Source: a virus. From it: DNA of 64,000 bases. Where the stretch lies: positions 1-64,000 of the IMG/VR virus record IMGVR_UViG_3300031539_000007, one strand, 5' to 3'. The position numbers were made by a program, and so were the translations under genes. The notes beneath the pieces are model-generated. The model was not told the origin of the DNA and made no database searches. It saw only the letters and a list, made by a program, of their open reading frames with translations. Every line of letters begins with the position of its first letter. Within the stretch, counting starts at the first letter, position 1. Positions 47,892 through 57,481 of this stretch are shown here, in pieces.

Positions 47892-48710
47892 ATGGCAAAA
47901 TCTCCGAATTGGTCTCAGGAAGAGATTGACTTTCTAAGAGAGTTCTATCCCAATAACGGCATACGATGGTGCGCCGAAAGATTACCATTAAGGACAGAGG
48001 GGGCTGTGAACTGCGAGGCGTGCATACTTGGGATCAAGAGAAACGACGATAGAGGATTTACTGACTATTTCAAGAACATAGACACTGAAGATAAGGCATA
48101 CTGGCTCGGTTTTTTGTTCGCGGATGGGTGCGTAGGGGACATAAAAGTATCTTTGTCTCAATCAGAAAGATACGTTGTTGACGACTTCCAAAAATCAATA
48201 GGGTGCAATTACAAAGTGCGAACTGTATACGGGAAGGAACACGCATTTAGAGATGGGAAAATATATACTTCAAAAACTCATTACTGTGTTGAAATACCGA
48301 GCGTAGATATGGCTAACGATTTGAGACGCCACGGGTGTGTAAACAAAAAGAGCCTCGTATTAGAATACCCAGATCATCTAAACGAACATCTTAGACACCA
48401 TTTTGCCAGGGGGTATTTCGATGGGGACGGGTGCATTCATGGCGGCATGTTTAACGAACACATAGTCGTAGCTGGTACGCAGAATTTTATTGAGGCGATA
48501 GCGAAGTCTTGCGAAATATTGTCGAAATATTCAATTCACAAACAGGGCAACATACACACATGCCACATTTCGAGCGTGCAAGCGATGAACTTTATGGAGT
48601 GGATGTATAGCGGGGCAACAATATTTCTAAAAAGAAAAAAAGACAAATACGATGCTCTTGTTAGCAGTAGAGAAAACTCGAAGGAGGGGAAATGGTGCAG
48701 GCACTATTAA
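47892..48710 (+). CDS. LAGLIDADG homing endonuclease (two motifs, free-standing)
   Basis: AYWLGFLFADGCV and HFARGYFDGDGCI motifs; visibly AT-richer DNA. Confidence 0.9.
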   Translation: MAKSPNWSQEEIDFLREFYPNNGIRWCAERLPLRTEGAVNCEACILGIKRNDDRGFTDYFKNIDTEDKAYWLGFLFADGCVGDIKVSLSQSERYVVDDFQKSIGCNYKVRTVYGKEHAFRDGKIYTSKTHYCVEIPSVDMANDLRRHGCVNKKSLVLEYPDHLNEHLRHHFARGYFDGDGCIHGGMFNEHIVVAGTQNFIEAIAKSCEILSKYSIHKQGNIHTCHISSVQAMNFMEWMYSGATIFLKRKKDKYDALVSSRENSKEGKWCRHY

Positions 48711-51700
48711 ATGGCAGCTTTGAAAATGGATGGAATGACATACCAGCCGGTAGCACTATCAATCAGGAGCCGGATAGCTGGGTGCTTACTTGGAAGGGGG
48801 TAGGGCAGCCCCTTGATTCTAGTGGCGCATTCGCCGGTGACGAGCTGCCCGTTTTTGAAATCGCACAAACGATCCCAGAGTGCGTACACAAACACATGGA
48901 TCAGCTTCCACCAGACGAACAGCCTGGCGGGGAACACGCACTTATCTTGGATGGTGTGTACACATATAAAGTGTTCTCGTCGGTCAACCCATTTGGCATT
49001 ACCCTCACGCAACAAGTGCCAGCTAATGGCGTCGCGACACTTACTGTCCCTGTGCAAGTTCATCATCATGGCGATGGTAGTTACGGAGCGTGCGCGGTAA
49101 AAGTAGAGCTTGTCGGAGTTGAATCTGTGAATACCGGATGGCTAACATTTCATGGTGGAATCAATGAATTTGAGTGGGTGTCCCCAACCGTCAGCACAAA
49201 TACAAACGGAAGCGCCGGTGTAGTCGTAACGCTAGAAAGCCGCGCGCTTGGTGGAATAGACTTCTTCATAGACAACCTGGTACTAACTGAAGCTGGCGAG
49301 ACAGAGCCGCCACCAGTCGTTCCGCCAACAGATTATGACGGGCCAGTTATTACTACTGGCTCTAAAATCTTCACCGCACACACTATCGGAGAGGGCGGGA
49401 CAATCGAGATGCTACAAGAAGGCCGGGCCGTGGGCGTTACATCGCCTACGGTAAAGGTGTTCTTGTCAATGGGCGCGTCGGATGACATTCACGACGCAAG
49501 CCCCGACACAATCATTGTCGGGCGTGTTGATAAGGGCTGGAACGGGGATAGTATTGAAGGGGTAAACCTGTCTGGAGACTTACTGGTCGAAGCGCAACGC
49601 ATTATGAATTTGGCGATGCCAGTATGGGCGCAGTTCCCCAACGTGCGGTACTGGGAAATCCTCAACGAAGAAGACCCTGTGGGCGTTGACGGGCATCGGC
49701 GTATGGGTATCTTCCAGTCTCATTGTATCGACATAGCCGACGCCAACGGCTACAAGCTCGCCTTGTTCTCCTACAGTTTAGGTGTGCCAGAGTGGGAAGA
49801 GTGGGAAGCGATTGTGGCGACTGGTGTATTCGCTAAAGCGAAAACGGGCGGGCACGCGCTTGCGTTGCACGAATATTCCTACCCGATGGACACCGGGTTC
49901 GGTGAAGCACTGCCAGGACAACCGGCATATCCGAATCGCGGTATACTAGCGTGTCGTTACCGCTGGTTGTACGAAGACTTCCTCAAGCCGCTGAACCAGG
50001 TTGTACCGCTATTTATCACCGAGGCACAGATAGCCCTGCCGGACTTCCCGACACTTATCACACCAGAAGCATGGCTTGATGAACTCGCGTGGTACGACGA
50101 GCGCTTGGCAGAAGATTATTACGTGGTCGGTGCGCATTTATTTACCCTGTCGTCTGTACCAGGATGGACAAACTTCAACTGGGTAGAGTGGCGCTCACAT
50201 TTAGTTGGGTACGCACTCAGCGTCAAGGATAGACGTAACGCCCTAGCGCCAATCATCGAAGAACCTGTAGACCCGCCGCTCCCACCAGGAGAGTGTACAC
50301 CTAGATTCCCGTATGCTAGGACATACATACTCATCCCGCCTCGCCACGGCAGTGAATGGGTTGGCCCATTACTTGAAAAAATCTGGAACGAGAGGCGCTT
50401 TACTATAGGATGTTCGGCTGACGATGGGGGATGGGGGCCAGGAACGGAAAGCAGGACTGTGCTGGCACTGAATCCAGATGCGTGGGATGGGGACTTGCAA
50501 GCGTTCTTCGATGAGTGGTATCCTGGCGTGCTGTATTTCCCTATCCATGCCGATACGCCAGAAGAATTTGCTCAGGCTGTATACGACTATTACAATCCGC
50601 CCACAGGCTTCCCGCCAGTGTGGGATGACGACATTACCTACGACTTACCACGGCGCACAGATTGCAGCCTATTCCCAGATGGCACGTGGCCGCAGCGCAC
50701 GCTGATACAGATTGACGGGGTGACTGCCCATCATGTCGGGTCTGATGCCACTCCTCTCCAGGTAGCCACGGCATATCTTCAGAAGGATGGATGCAGGCCA
50801 TCTATCCCCTACACTATCTGGATTGAAAAGGATGGCACGATTCTCAAGTGTAACCCGCTCGAAGATGCCGGGCTGCACGACAACACCAGTGGGTACACGA
50901 CCGTCAACACACACCTGAGCGTCGGGCTTGCGGGCGCGTTACACATTGACTATCCTACCGAGGCGCAGTACAACGCGCTGGTAAAGGTTATCTTCTGGTG
51001 TGTAGACAATCCAGAGATGAACGTCATCAGAGAGCGGGTAAAGGGGCACATGGACTACATCAGTACACAGTGCCCTGGGTGGAAGGAGGGCAGCAATACC
51101 GGCGCGGATCGCTGGAAGTGCGAGTTGTACGGCAGGCTAGGATGGGACATTGATGGTTGCGAGGTCGCCCCGCCGCCGTCTGGTGGTAACACTCGCGGGG
51201 TTCACGCGCACGCATCCACATCGCCACGGCTAACAACAAGCCAGATTATCGACCTGGTAGCACCTATGAACCTATCACACTACAAAATTCTCGATGAGGG
51301 TAGCCCCGCGAATGTCGAGCTGGCACTGGCACTGATGGCGAACGACATCGAACCAGTTGTCAGGCTGTATCAGGCCGGGCAGTTCCCTGGAAGAAATACG
51401 CGCATCCCCTACATCGGTAACATGCTTGCTACTGGCGCGACGCTAATAGAGATTGGCAACGAGCCAAACCTGCCAGTCGAGTGGGTGGACGCATACAGGC
51501 CGATGGTGGATTGGCACAACACAGAGATAGTCAATGCCGTAGCGCAGAGTTGGTTGCTTGATGCGCGCCAAGTTATTTCTATGGGCGGCAGGCCAGGACT
51601 GTACGCGCTCGCCCCCACCGACAGAGGCGGGGTTAATCCGCAGTTCTCAGATGTAATGTGGTTCGAGGGGATTACTAACTGGCTACGGGCCAACGCATTG

Positions 51701-52129
51701 TCAGAACTGCGCGGCTGGCTTAATGATTGGATAGTATGGTTGCCGGTACACAGCGGGCGCTTCGACAAACCGCTCGACTTTAATCCGTTCCAAGCCACGT
51801 ACAGGGACAGCATGTGTATGCTAGGGTACAATATTCACCAGCAGATTCTTTCTGATAAGTTTGGTGTGAGTGACGTGCTCACTATTGGCACCGAGGGGGG
51901 CTGCTACTCACCAGAATCACTGGTAAGGATGCAGTTCTCCCCTATCTACAATGAAGCTGGTTGGGGCACGGCGGTAGTAGAGATGCACAACTTCCTGAAT
52001 GCCAGGGGCGACATCGCGGCGGTGTGCTCGTGGATACTTGGAGTGAGTGATGATCCCACATGGGACGAGGATGCCTGGATCAGGCGCGATGGTAGTTGGC
52101 GCAGTCCAATGACAGCAATGAGGAGCTAA
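48692..52129 (+). CDS. Multi-domain endolysin-like protein: CBM-like + GH-A + amidase_2 + GH-A
   Basis: WEILNEE / ALHEY / FITE (GH); TAHHVG...IPYTIWI...KGHMDYISTQCPG (Zn amidase); IEIGNEPNL / GTEGG (second GH); Pro-rich linkers. Confidence 0.8.
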   Translation: MVQALLNGSFENGWNDIPAGSTINQEPDSWVLTWKGVGQPLDSSGAFAGDELPVFEIAQTIPECVHKHMDQLPPDEQPGGEHALILDGVYTYKVFSSVNPFGITLTQQVPANGVATLTVPVQVHHHGDGSYGACAVKVELVGVESVNTGWLTFHGGINEFEWVSPTVSTNTNGSAGVVVTLESRALGGIDFFIDNLVLTEAGETEPPPVVPPTDYDGPVITTGSKIFTAHTIGEGGTIEMLQEGRAVGVTSPTVKVFLSMGASDDIHDASPDTIIVGRVDKGWNGDSIEGVNLSGDLLVEAQRIMNLAMPVWAQFPNVRYWEILNEEDPVGVDGHRRMGIFQSHCIDIADANGYKLALFSYSLGVPEWEEWEAIVATGVFAKAKTGGHALALHEYSYPMDTGFGEALPGQPAYPNRGILACRYRWLYEDFLKPLNQVVPLFITEAQIALPDFPTLITPEAWLDELAWYDERLAEDYYVVGAHLFTLSSVPGWTNFNWVEWRSHLVGYALSVKDRRNALAPIIEEPVDPPLPPGECTPRFPYARTYILIPPRHGSEWVGPLLEKIWNERRFTIGCSADDGGWGPGTESRTVLALNPDAWDGDLQAFFDEWYPGVLYFPIHADTPEEFAQAVYDYYNPPTGFPPVWDDDITYDLPRRTDCSLFPDGTWPQRTLIQIDGVTAHHVGSDATPLQVATAYLQKDGCRPSIPYTIWIEKDGTILKCNPLEDAGLHDNTSGYTTVNTHLSVGLAGALHIDYPTEAQYNALVKVIFWCVDNPEMNVIRERVKGHMDYISTQCPGWKEGSNTGADRWKCELYGRLGWDIDGCEVAPPPSGGNTRGVHAHASTSPRLTTSQIIDLVAPMNLSHYKILDEGSPANVELALALMANDIEPVVRLYQAGQFPGRNTRIPYIGNMLATGATLIEIGNEPNLPVEWVDAYRPMVDWHNTEIVNAVAQSWLLDARQVISMGGRPGLYALAPTDRGGVNPQFSDVMWFEGITNWLRANALSELRGWLNDWIVWLPVHSGRFDKPLDFNPFQATYRDSMCMLGYNIHQQILSDKFGVSDVLTIGTEGGCYSPESLVRMQFSPIYNEAGWGTAVVEMHNFLNARGDIAAVCSWILGVSDDPTWDEDAWIRRDGSWRSPMTAMRS

Positions 52130-52134
52130 ATAAT

Positions 52135-52377
52135 ATGGGTGACGAAAAACCAAAGGGACGGGTAACACAAGAACTGGTAGTGGACAGGCGTATACCGGCG
52201 ATTATAGCCTCTACACTGTATCTCGCGCTATCGGCGTTCAATATGCTGTACGCTTCAGTGTTCGCAGACGGGTGGCTAGATGCCGGTAGAGCCGTCGCGT
52301 TTGCGATAATCGCATTCTTCATTGGGGTTGGGCTTCTTGGGCTGACCAGAAAGGAAAGTACGCATGTTGAGGAGTAG
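52135..52377 (+). CDS. 2-TM membrane protein (holin-like)
   Basis: AGGAG RBS, two hydrophobic helices, directly after the lysin. Confidence 0.55.
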   Translation: MGDEKPKGRVTQELVVDRRIPAIIASTLYLALSAFNMLYASVFADGWLDAGRAVAFAIIAFFIGVGLLGLTRKESTHVEE

Positions 52378-52840
52378 CCTCTGGCGCAAGCGCGTGGTTA
52401 TGGCGCGCGATTCTGGCAAGGAGTCATTTCGCTATGATGATATGGTTGAGTTGTGGGAGATTTCGAGGGCTGGAATCTCGGTTGCTTTGAAGCAACTTAG
52501 CGAGGAGTGCCCTGGCGGAGTTATCACTTCCAAGGACGGGCAGCGCACGGTGGTTGAGTTTGACTACGACTTACTCGTTGGAGATAATGACACGTTCGAC
52601 GACGACCTGCCGCTCAATATCCCTGACTGGATGGCGAGAGAAACGTATGATGCCGTAATGGAACGCGCTGATATTGACCTAGAGCAGTACGACATCTTTT
52701 TCTCTCATCGTGACGATGACTGGATGAGGCAATACCAAAGAGGCGGGGTTGTCATAAGCGTACACGAGAGCGGACAGAAAACGCGGTTGTACGAAGTGAC
52801 GTTTAGAGTTGATAATTGTGTCGTAATAGGGGGATTTTAA
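52364..52840 (+). CDS. Hypothetical protein with an N-terminal winged HTH
   Basis: YDDMVELWEISRAGISVALKQL. Confidence 0.55.
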   Translation: MLRSSLWRKRVVMARDSGKESFRYDDMVELWEISRAGISVALKQLSEECPGGVITSKDGQRTVVEFDYDLLVGDNDTFDDDLPLNIPDWMARETYDAVMERADIDLEQYDIFFSHRDDDWMRQYQRGGVVISVHESGQKTRLYEVTFRVDNCVVIGGF

Positions 52841-52842
52841 CG

Positions 52843-55053
52843 TTGGAAGTTGTAAAGCGTGACGGTCGGATTGTCCCGTTCGATGATAGCCGTATCTATC
52901 GGGCGATAGATAGATGCTTCGCTGGCCTTGGCTATGATGCCAAGGTAGGCCCACAAGAGCTAACGCGGCGCGCAGTGCTGGTCGTGTCTGGCAAATACGA
53001 GCGGCCTACTGTTGAGCAGATTCAGGACGTGGTAGAGAGTGTGCTGCTTGCCGCTGACGAGATCGAAGCGGCACGCGCCTACATCCGCTACAGATACGAG
53101 CACGAGAAGTCCAGGAGGGCAAGAGACGTGCCCAGTGGCGTCAGAGAGGCGTTTGCAGAGTCGGATGCGTACTTTGCTACCCCTATCCAGAAGTTTCAGT
53201 TCTACGACAAATACAGCCGCTTTGACTACTTCTTAGGTAGACGCGAAACGTGGGTGGAAACAGTGGATCGTGCGGTGGCTTTTCTTAGAAAGCTGTCCGA
53301 GAACAAGCTGCCAGAGAAAGACTACGCGCGCATCCGCGATGGCATCCTGAATATGAAGGTGATGCCGTCAATGAGGCTGCTGGCAATGGCTGGCCCTGCG
53401 GCAGAGAGGTCTGGTCTAACAATCTACAACTGTGCCTATCTACCAGTGGATAGCATTAGTTCATTCTATGAGGCTACCATACTGGCGATGAGTGGCTGTG
53501 GCGTTGGCTACTCTGTAGAGCGCCAGTACGTTGAGCAGTTACCCCGCGTGCAACGGCAAGGCGACGGGACTACATTTACAACGTTTGTAATACCAGACAC
53601 CGCCGAGGGCTGGGCTAACGCTATACAGTACGGATTAGAGACGTGGTTCAATGGGTGGGATGTGCGCTTCGACTACTCAGAGATACGCCCCGCCGGTGCG
53701 CCGCTGATGACTAAGGGCGGGCGTAGCTCTGGCCCAGCACCCCTGCGCAAACTGCTGACATTCGCTAGAGACAAAGTGCTCAGTAGGCAAGGTGGTTTCT
53801 TGCGTCCAATTGACGCTCACGACATTATGTGCGCCATTGGCGGGTCGGTAATTAGCGGAGGCATGCGTCGCACAGCTCTCCTTTCCCTGTTCGACTTCGA
53901 CGATGCTGAGATGAAGCACTGCAAAGATGGCGACTTCTGGCGCGACAACAGCCAGCGCTGGAACGCCAACAACTCGGCGGTCTGGCCCGATAGACCGCTA
54001 ACGCAATCAGAGGTCGCGCACCACCTGCTAGAGATGTTCGATAGCGGTAGAGGGGAACCTGGAATATTTAATCGCAGGGCGGCGCTAAATACTATCCCAG
54101 AACGTAGGAATAAAGAATATGTTTATGGAACAAATCCTTGTGGGGAGGTCTTGCTGCGCCCTAAAATGTTGTGCAACTTATCCTCTATCATTGCTCGTAG
54201 CAACGACAATCTAGTAACGCTGCTTGAAAAGGCAGAGCTGGCTACTATCATTGGCACTATTCAGTCAATGGCGACGAACTTCCCTGGGATGCCTGATGAG
54301 TGGCGCAAGAACTGCGAAGAAGAGCGCTTGCTGGGTGTAGACCTCAACGGCCAGTTGGACTCACCCGTGGCGATGCTGCCCGATGTACAAGCGCTACTCA
54401 AACAGCAAGTGCTCAGAATCAACGGGCGGTACGCGAAGCTGCTTGGTATCAATCGAGCGGCGGCCACAACATGCGTTAAGCCTTCTGGTAACTCGTCACT
54501 GCTGTTGGATTGTTCGTCGGGGTTGCACGCACGCTGGTCTAAATACTACGTGCGCAACATCAGGATTAGTGCGCTCTCGCCGTTGCTTGGAGTTATGCGC
54601 GATGCTGGTGTGCCGATGTCGCCAGAGAACGGGCAAGACCCTGATAGCTGCAATACGTGGGTGATCCACTTCCCGGTCAAATCCCCAGACAGAGCAATGA
54701 CGCGCAACGACAGGACTGCAATCCAGCAATGTAATTACTGGCTACAGAATAAGATACAGTGGACTGAGCAAAACCCGTCGGTCACTATCTCGTACAAGCC
54801 CGACGAAATCTTAGACATCATCAAGTGGGTATGGCAGAATCAAGACAACATCAACGGAATGACTTTCTTGCCTACGTTTGATGCGCTGTACGACCAGATG
54901 CCCTACGAGGAAATCACCGAGGCTGAATACAACGAGTTGGCTGCCGTGTTCCCGGAGATCGACTTCTCGAAAGTGTGGCGTTACGAGGACAAAGATTTAA
55001 CTTCTGCGGCACAAGAGCTTGCGTGTATGGCGGGTTCGTGCGAACTGGCTTGA
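52843..55053 (+). CDS. nrdJ: Class II (B12-dependent) ribonucleotide reductase with ATP cone
   Basis: VVKRDG ATP cone, PSMR, YNCAY, GTNPCGE and TCVKPSG motifs; C-terminal LACMAGSCEL; likely TTG start at 52843. Confidence 0.93.
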   Translation: MEVVKRDGRIVPFDDSRIYRAIDRCFAGLGYDAKVGPQELTRRAVLVVSGKYERPTVEQIQDVVESVLLAADEIEAARAYIRYRYEHEKSRRARDVPSGVREAFAESDAYFATPIQKFQFYDKYSRFDYFLGRRETWVETVDRAVAFLRKLSENKLPEKDYARIRDGILNMKVMPSMRLLAMAGPAAERSGLTIYNCAYLPVDSISSFYEATILAMSGCGVGYSVERQYVEQLPRVQRQGDGTTFTTFVIPDTAEGWANAIQYGLETWFNGWDVRFDYSEIRPAGAPLMTKGGRSSGPAPLRKLLTFARDKVLSRQGGFLRPIDAHDIMCAIGGSVISGGMRRTALLSLFDFDDAEMKHCKDGDFWRDNSQRWNANNSAVWPDRPLTQSEVAHHLLEMFDSGRGEPGIFNRRAALNTIPERRNKEYVYGTNPCGEVLLRPKMLCNLSSIIARSNDNLVTLLEKAELATIIGTIQSMATNFPGMPDEWRKNCEEERLLGVDLNGQLDSPVAMLPDVQALLKQQVLRINGRYAKLLGINRAAATTCVKPSGNSSLLLDCSSGLHARWSKYYVRNIRISALSPLLGVMRDAGVPMSPENGQDPDSCNTWVIHFPVKSPDRAMTRNDRTAIQQCNYWLQNKIQWTEQNPSVTISYKPDEILDIIKWVWQNQDNINGMTFLPTFDALYDQMPYEEITEAEYNELAAVFPEIDFSKVWRYEDKDLTSAAQELACMAGSCELA

Positions 55054-55054
55054 T

Positions 55055-55082
55055 TTGACTGTTACTGGCAATATGCTATACT
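55055..55082 (+). promoter_or_regulatory. Sigma70-type promoter
   Basis: TTGACT-N16-TATACT with an extended -10 TG. Confidence 0.75.
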
Positions 55083-55114
55083 AGGGGCATCAAATCAACT
55101 AAAAGGAGCAGTGT

Positions 55115-55234
55115 ATGTTTGTTTACAAGAACTGGGCGGATGGCCGCTATGCATGCCGTGGATGGTTTTTGTTTGGCTTAATCCCACTTGCTGTATGGAA
55201 AATCAACGCGGACGTGCCCACCAACGGCAATTGA
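55115..55234 (+). CDS. 39-aa small protein
   Basis: AAAGGAG RBS; MFVYKNWADGRYACRGWFLFGLIPLAVWKINADVPTNGN; not in the ORF track. Confidence 0.65.
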   Translation: MFVYKNWADGRYACRGWFLFGLIPLAVWKINADVPTNGN

Positions 55235-55254
55235 TAAATCATAAGGAGAGTGAT

Positions 55255-55728
55255 ATGACAAAGAGCGGTAATACTGTAGCTGCGGTGTGCCCGTCAAGCG
55301 GGGATTTCGTGGCGCGTGAGCCGAAGGTGTTCTTGGAAGTCAGGGACCTGTCCGAGAAGTGGACTCGGTATACGTTTAGCGAGCATGAAGAAATTGATCT
55401 GCTTGACTTTGCGGGGTTGACGGACTGTGTTACCCCGCTGGACGTTTATGCACCGGCGGTGTGCCCAATGACGGGCGAGGCTGTTACTGAAGTCCCGGTG
55501 CTGCGCATCAAGGCGAAGGGCGGAGGTGTGGAGTTTACATTCTACTTTTCAAGTGATGCGGAAACGGCGATTGCCGAAGAGTTCAATGTCAGCATACGCC
55601 AAGGGTATCGGTATCCGTGGAGAGGAACATACGGGTCTGTCGAACCCTGCGGGGTCACACTCACTATTCCAGCAGGCATGTCCATGTCCGTACCGCAATT
55701 CCTTTACCCACAACCCCCGCACACGTAG
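55255..55728 (+). CDS. Hypothetical protein with duplicated AVCPxxG modules
   Basis: TAAGGAG RBS, ATG 55255; AVCPSSGDFV and AVCPMTGEAV. Confidence 0.7.
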   Translation: MTKSGNTVAAVCPSSGDFVAREPKVFLEVRDLSEKWTRYTFSEHEEIDLLDFAGLTDCVTPLDVYAPAVCPMTGEAVTEVPVLRIKAKGGGVEFTFYFSSDAETAIAEEFNVSIRQGYRYPWRGTYGSVEPCGVTLTIPAGMSMSVPQFLYPQPPHT

Positions 55729-55743
55729 ATTGCGGCACAAAGC

Positions 55744-55778
55744 AAAAGCCCTGGTTTAATCGCCAGGGCTTTTTTGTT
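55744..55778. terminator. Bidirectional intrinsic terminator between convergent operons
   Basis: AAAAGCCCTGG-loop-CCAGGGCTTTTTT. Confidence 0.9.
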
Positions 55779-55786
55779 GCCACGAA

Positions 55787-57481
55787 TCAACTGAACAGCG
55801 AGCCTTGCACTACCTCTTCACCGTCGTCCGTGACAAACACCTCTGGTACAGCCCCTAGTCTCTGTGCTGCGTTCTTGTGCAGGTACTCGAACGAGATGTC
55901 GCATCCAATACCGTGACGACCCAGGGCACGGGCTACCTGGAGAGTAGTGCCGCTGCCTACGAACGGGTCGAAGACGATGGCTGGCACGACACAGAAATCT
56001 GTCAGCGGTTCGTCTTCCCACTGCTCTCCTTCAAAATACCACCGCGCGTCACAACTATTGCAGGGGATAAACGCGCCGCGTACCCCGCCGTGAATCCCGC
56101 TTGGTAGAAATGACATATCCCATTCGTGAGTATGATTGCTGATACAGTTACAAGTAGGACGCCAGCCGAGAGTTGAAAACTGGACGTGTTTAGTCACGCC
56201 GAGAGTAGACTGCTCAGTACCACCGTCAAGAGCGCCGCCACTGGCAAGGATGCGCCCTTGCGCCGCGCCAGGGTTGTGCTTGTTAGCAATGCGTGCCATC
56301 ACCCTCTCGAACGGCGCGCCACATTTTACACATACGCCATATTCGCTGCTCCCAGCCTTAACGCACGGTTCAACAAGCGTGCTAGGGAATACGGCGAAGT
56401 GGCTCCCCTTGTAGCCCTTCGCGTTGACGTGCAACGCCAGTGGCTCACCATTAGTATCCAGTAGCAATCCCATATTGTCGCGTAGCCCGTACAGATAGTC
56501 CAGGTGTTCTTCGGATTGTGCGATTGCGTAATCTACCGAGTCCTTCCATACATCCGACGTGCGCCGGTTGCGCCCAGGTTCAACATCTCTGCTTTTGTCG
56601 TTAGCACGGGCTTGGTTCATTGAGTGTGGGGTTTGGCCTGGAGCACCGTCGATATTCTTGTGCGTGCTGCTGTTACCGCGCTTGGCCCTGGCGATACTCC
56701 CCGCGCTCGTGGGCATCTCTACGGCCTTTGCGTCGTAGTAGTAATGCTCGGACTTGGAAAGCAGGAACAGGTACTCGTGCGCGGTTGTCATGCGGTCGGT
56801 GACACTTTCGGGCATACACGAGTCTTTTATCCACTGCGGATCGTTGCGTAGATACCAGCCATCAGCGCGAAGCGCGAGTGCTATAAGCCAAGGGATACCC
56901 ATAAGGTCTTTGTTTTTTATATCGTATTGCGATGGCGGACGCCCCTGCATATCGCGCGAGAAATTAGCACCCTTCCACCCCATGTCGCCATCTGTTTGCA
57001 TACGGGTGTACCCTTTGTGATTGTTATAACTGTCGCCAAAGTTCAAAAACACAGGCGCGTCCTGGCGCGATACTCGCCACACTTCTCTAAAGATAGCCAC
57101 AATATGCCCGACGAACATCTCTGGTGTTGGCTCTAGTCCTAGCTCGCCACGCCAAGCGCCGCATTTGAGACAGATGTTGCCACTGCTCGCAGTCTGCCCT
57201 TTACCAGCAGCGTCAGCGTCCTTCCACTTCGTTTGCTCTACCTGGCCTGGATGATGCGGTGGCAAGTCGTCGCCAAACACATGCTCGCAATCTGGATCGC
57301 CAGGAATAACGATCTCTGGCAGCCACTCGATTTGCTTGTAAGTCATACCGGGCCACACAGAGCCTTGTTCGCCTTTGTATTTTCTCTTCCCGTAATACGG
57401 CGGAGAGGTCACTACACAGTGTACGCTCTTATCCGCCAGTGGGATATGAATACCGTTAGAATTGATGAGCAGTTCCATCAC
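55787..57481 (-). CDS. DNA amino-methyltransferase (N4C/N6A, beta class) with Cys-rich insertions
   Basis: VVTSPPYYG, HEYLFLLSK, HFAVFP and FDPFVGSGTT motifs; ends QGSLFS. Confidence 0.93.
   Translation of the reverse strand: MMELLINSNGIHIPLADKSVHCVVTSPPYYGKRKYKGEQGSVWPGMTYKQIEWLPEIVIPGDPDCEHVFGDDLPPHHPGQVEQTKWKDADAAGKGQTASSGNICLKCGAWRGELGLEPTPEMFVGHIVAIFREVWRVSRQDAPVFLNFGDSYNNHKGYTRMQTDGDMGWKGANFSRDMQGRPPSQYDIKNKDLMGIPWLIALALRADGWYLRNDPQWIKDSCMPESVTDRMTTAHEYLFLLSKSEHYYYDAKAVEMPTSAGSIARAKRGNSSTHKNIDGAPGQTPHSMNQARANDKSRDVEPGRNRRTSDVWKDSVDYAIAQSEEHLDYLYGLRDNMGLLLDTNGEPLALHVNAKGYKGSHFAVFPSTLVEPCVKAGSSEYGVCVKCGAPFERVMARIANKHNPGAAQGRILASGGALDGGTEQSTLGVTKHVQFSTLGWRPTCNCISNHTHEWDMSFLPSGIHGGVRGAFIPCNSCDARWYFEGEQWEDEPLTDFCVVPAIVFDPFVGSGTTLQVARALGRHGIGCDISFEYLHKNAAQRLGAVPEVFVTDDGEEVVQGSLFS

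Noticed and set aside
47807-48710. Group I intron or intein around the LAGLIDADG gene
   Set aside because: No interrupted host gene, no intein splice residues and no room for an intron core; treated as free-standing
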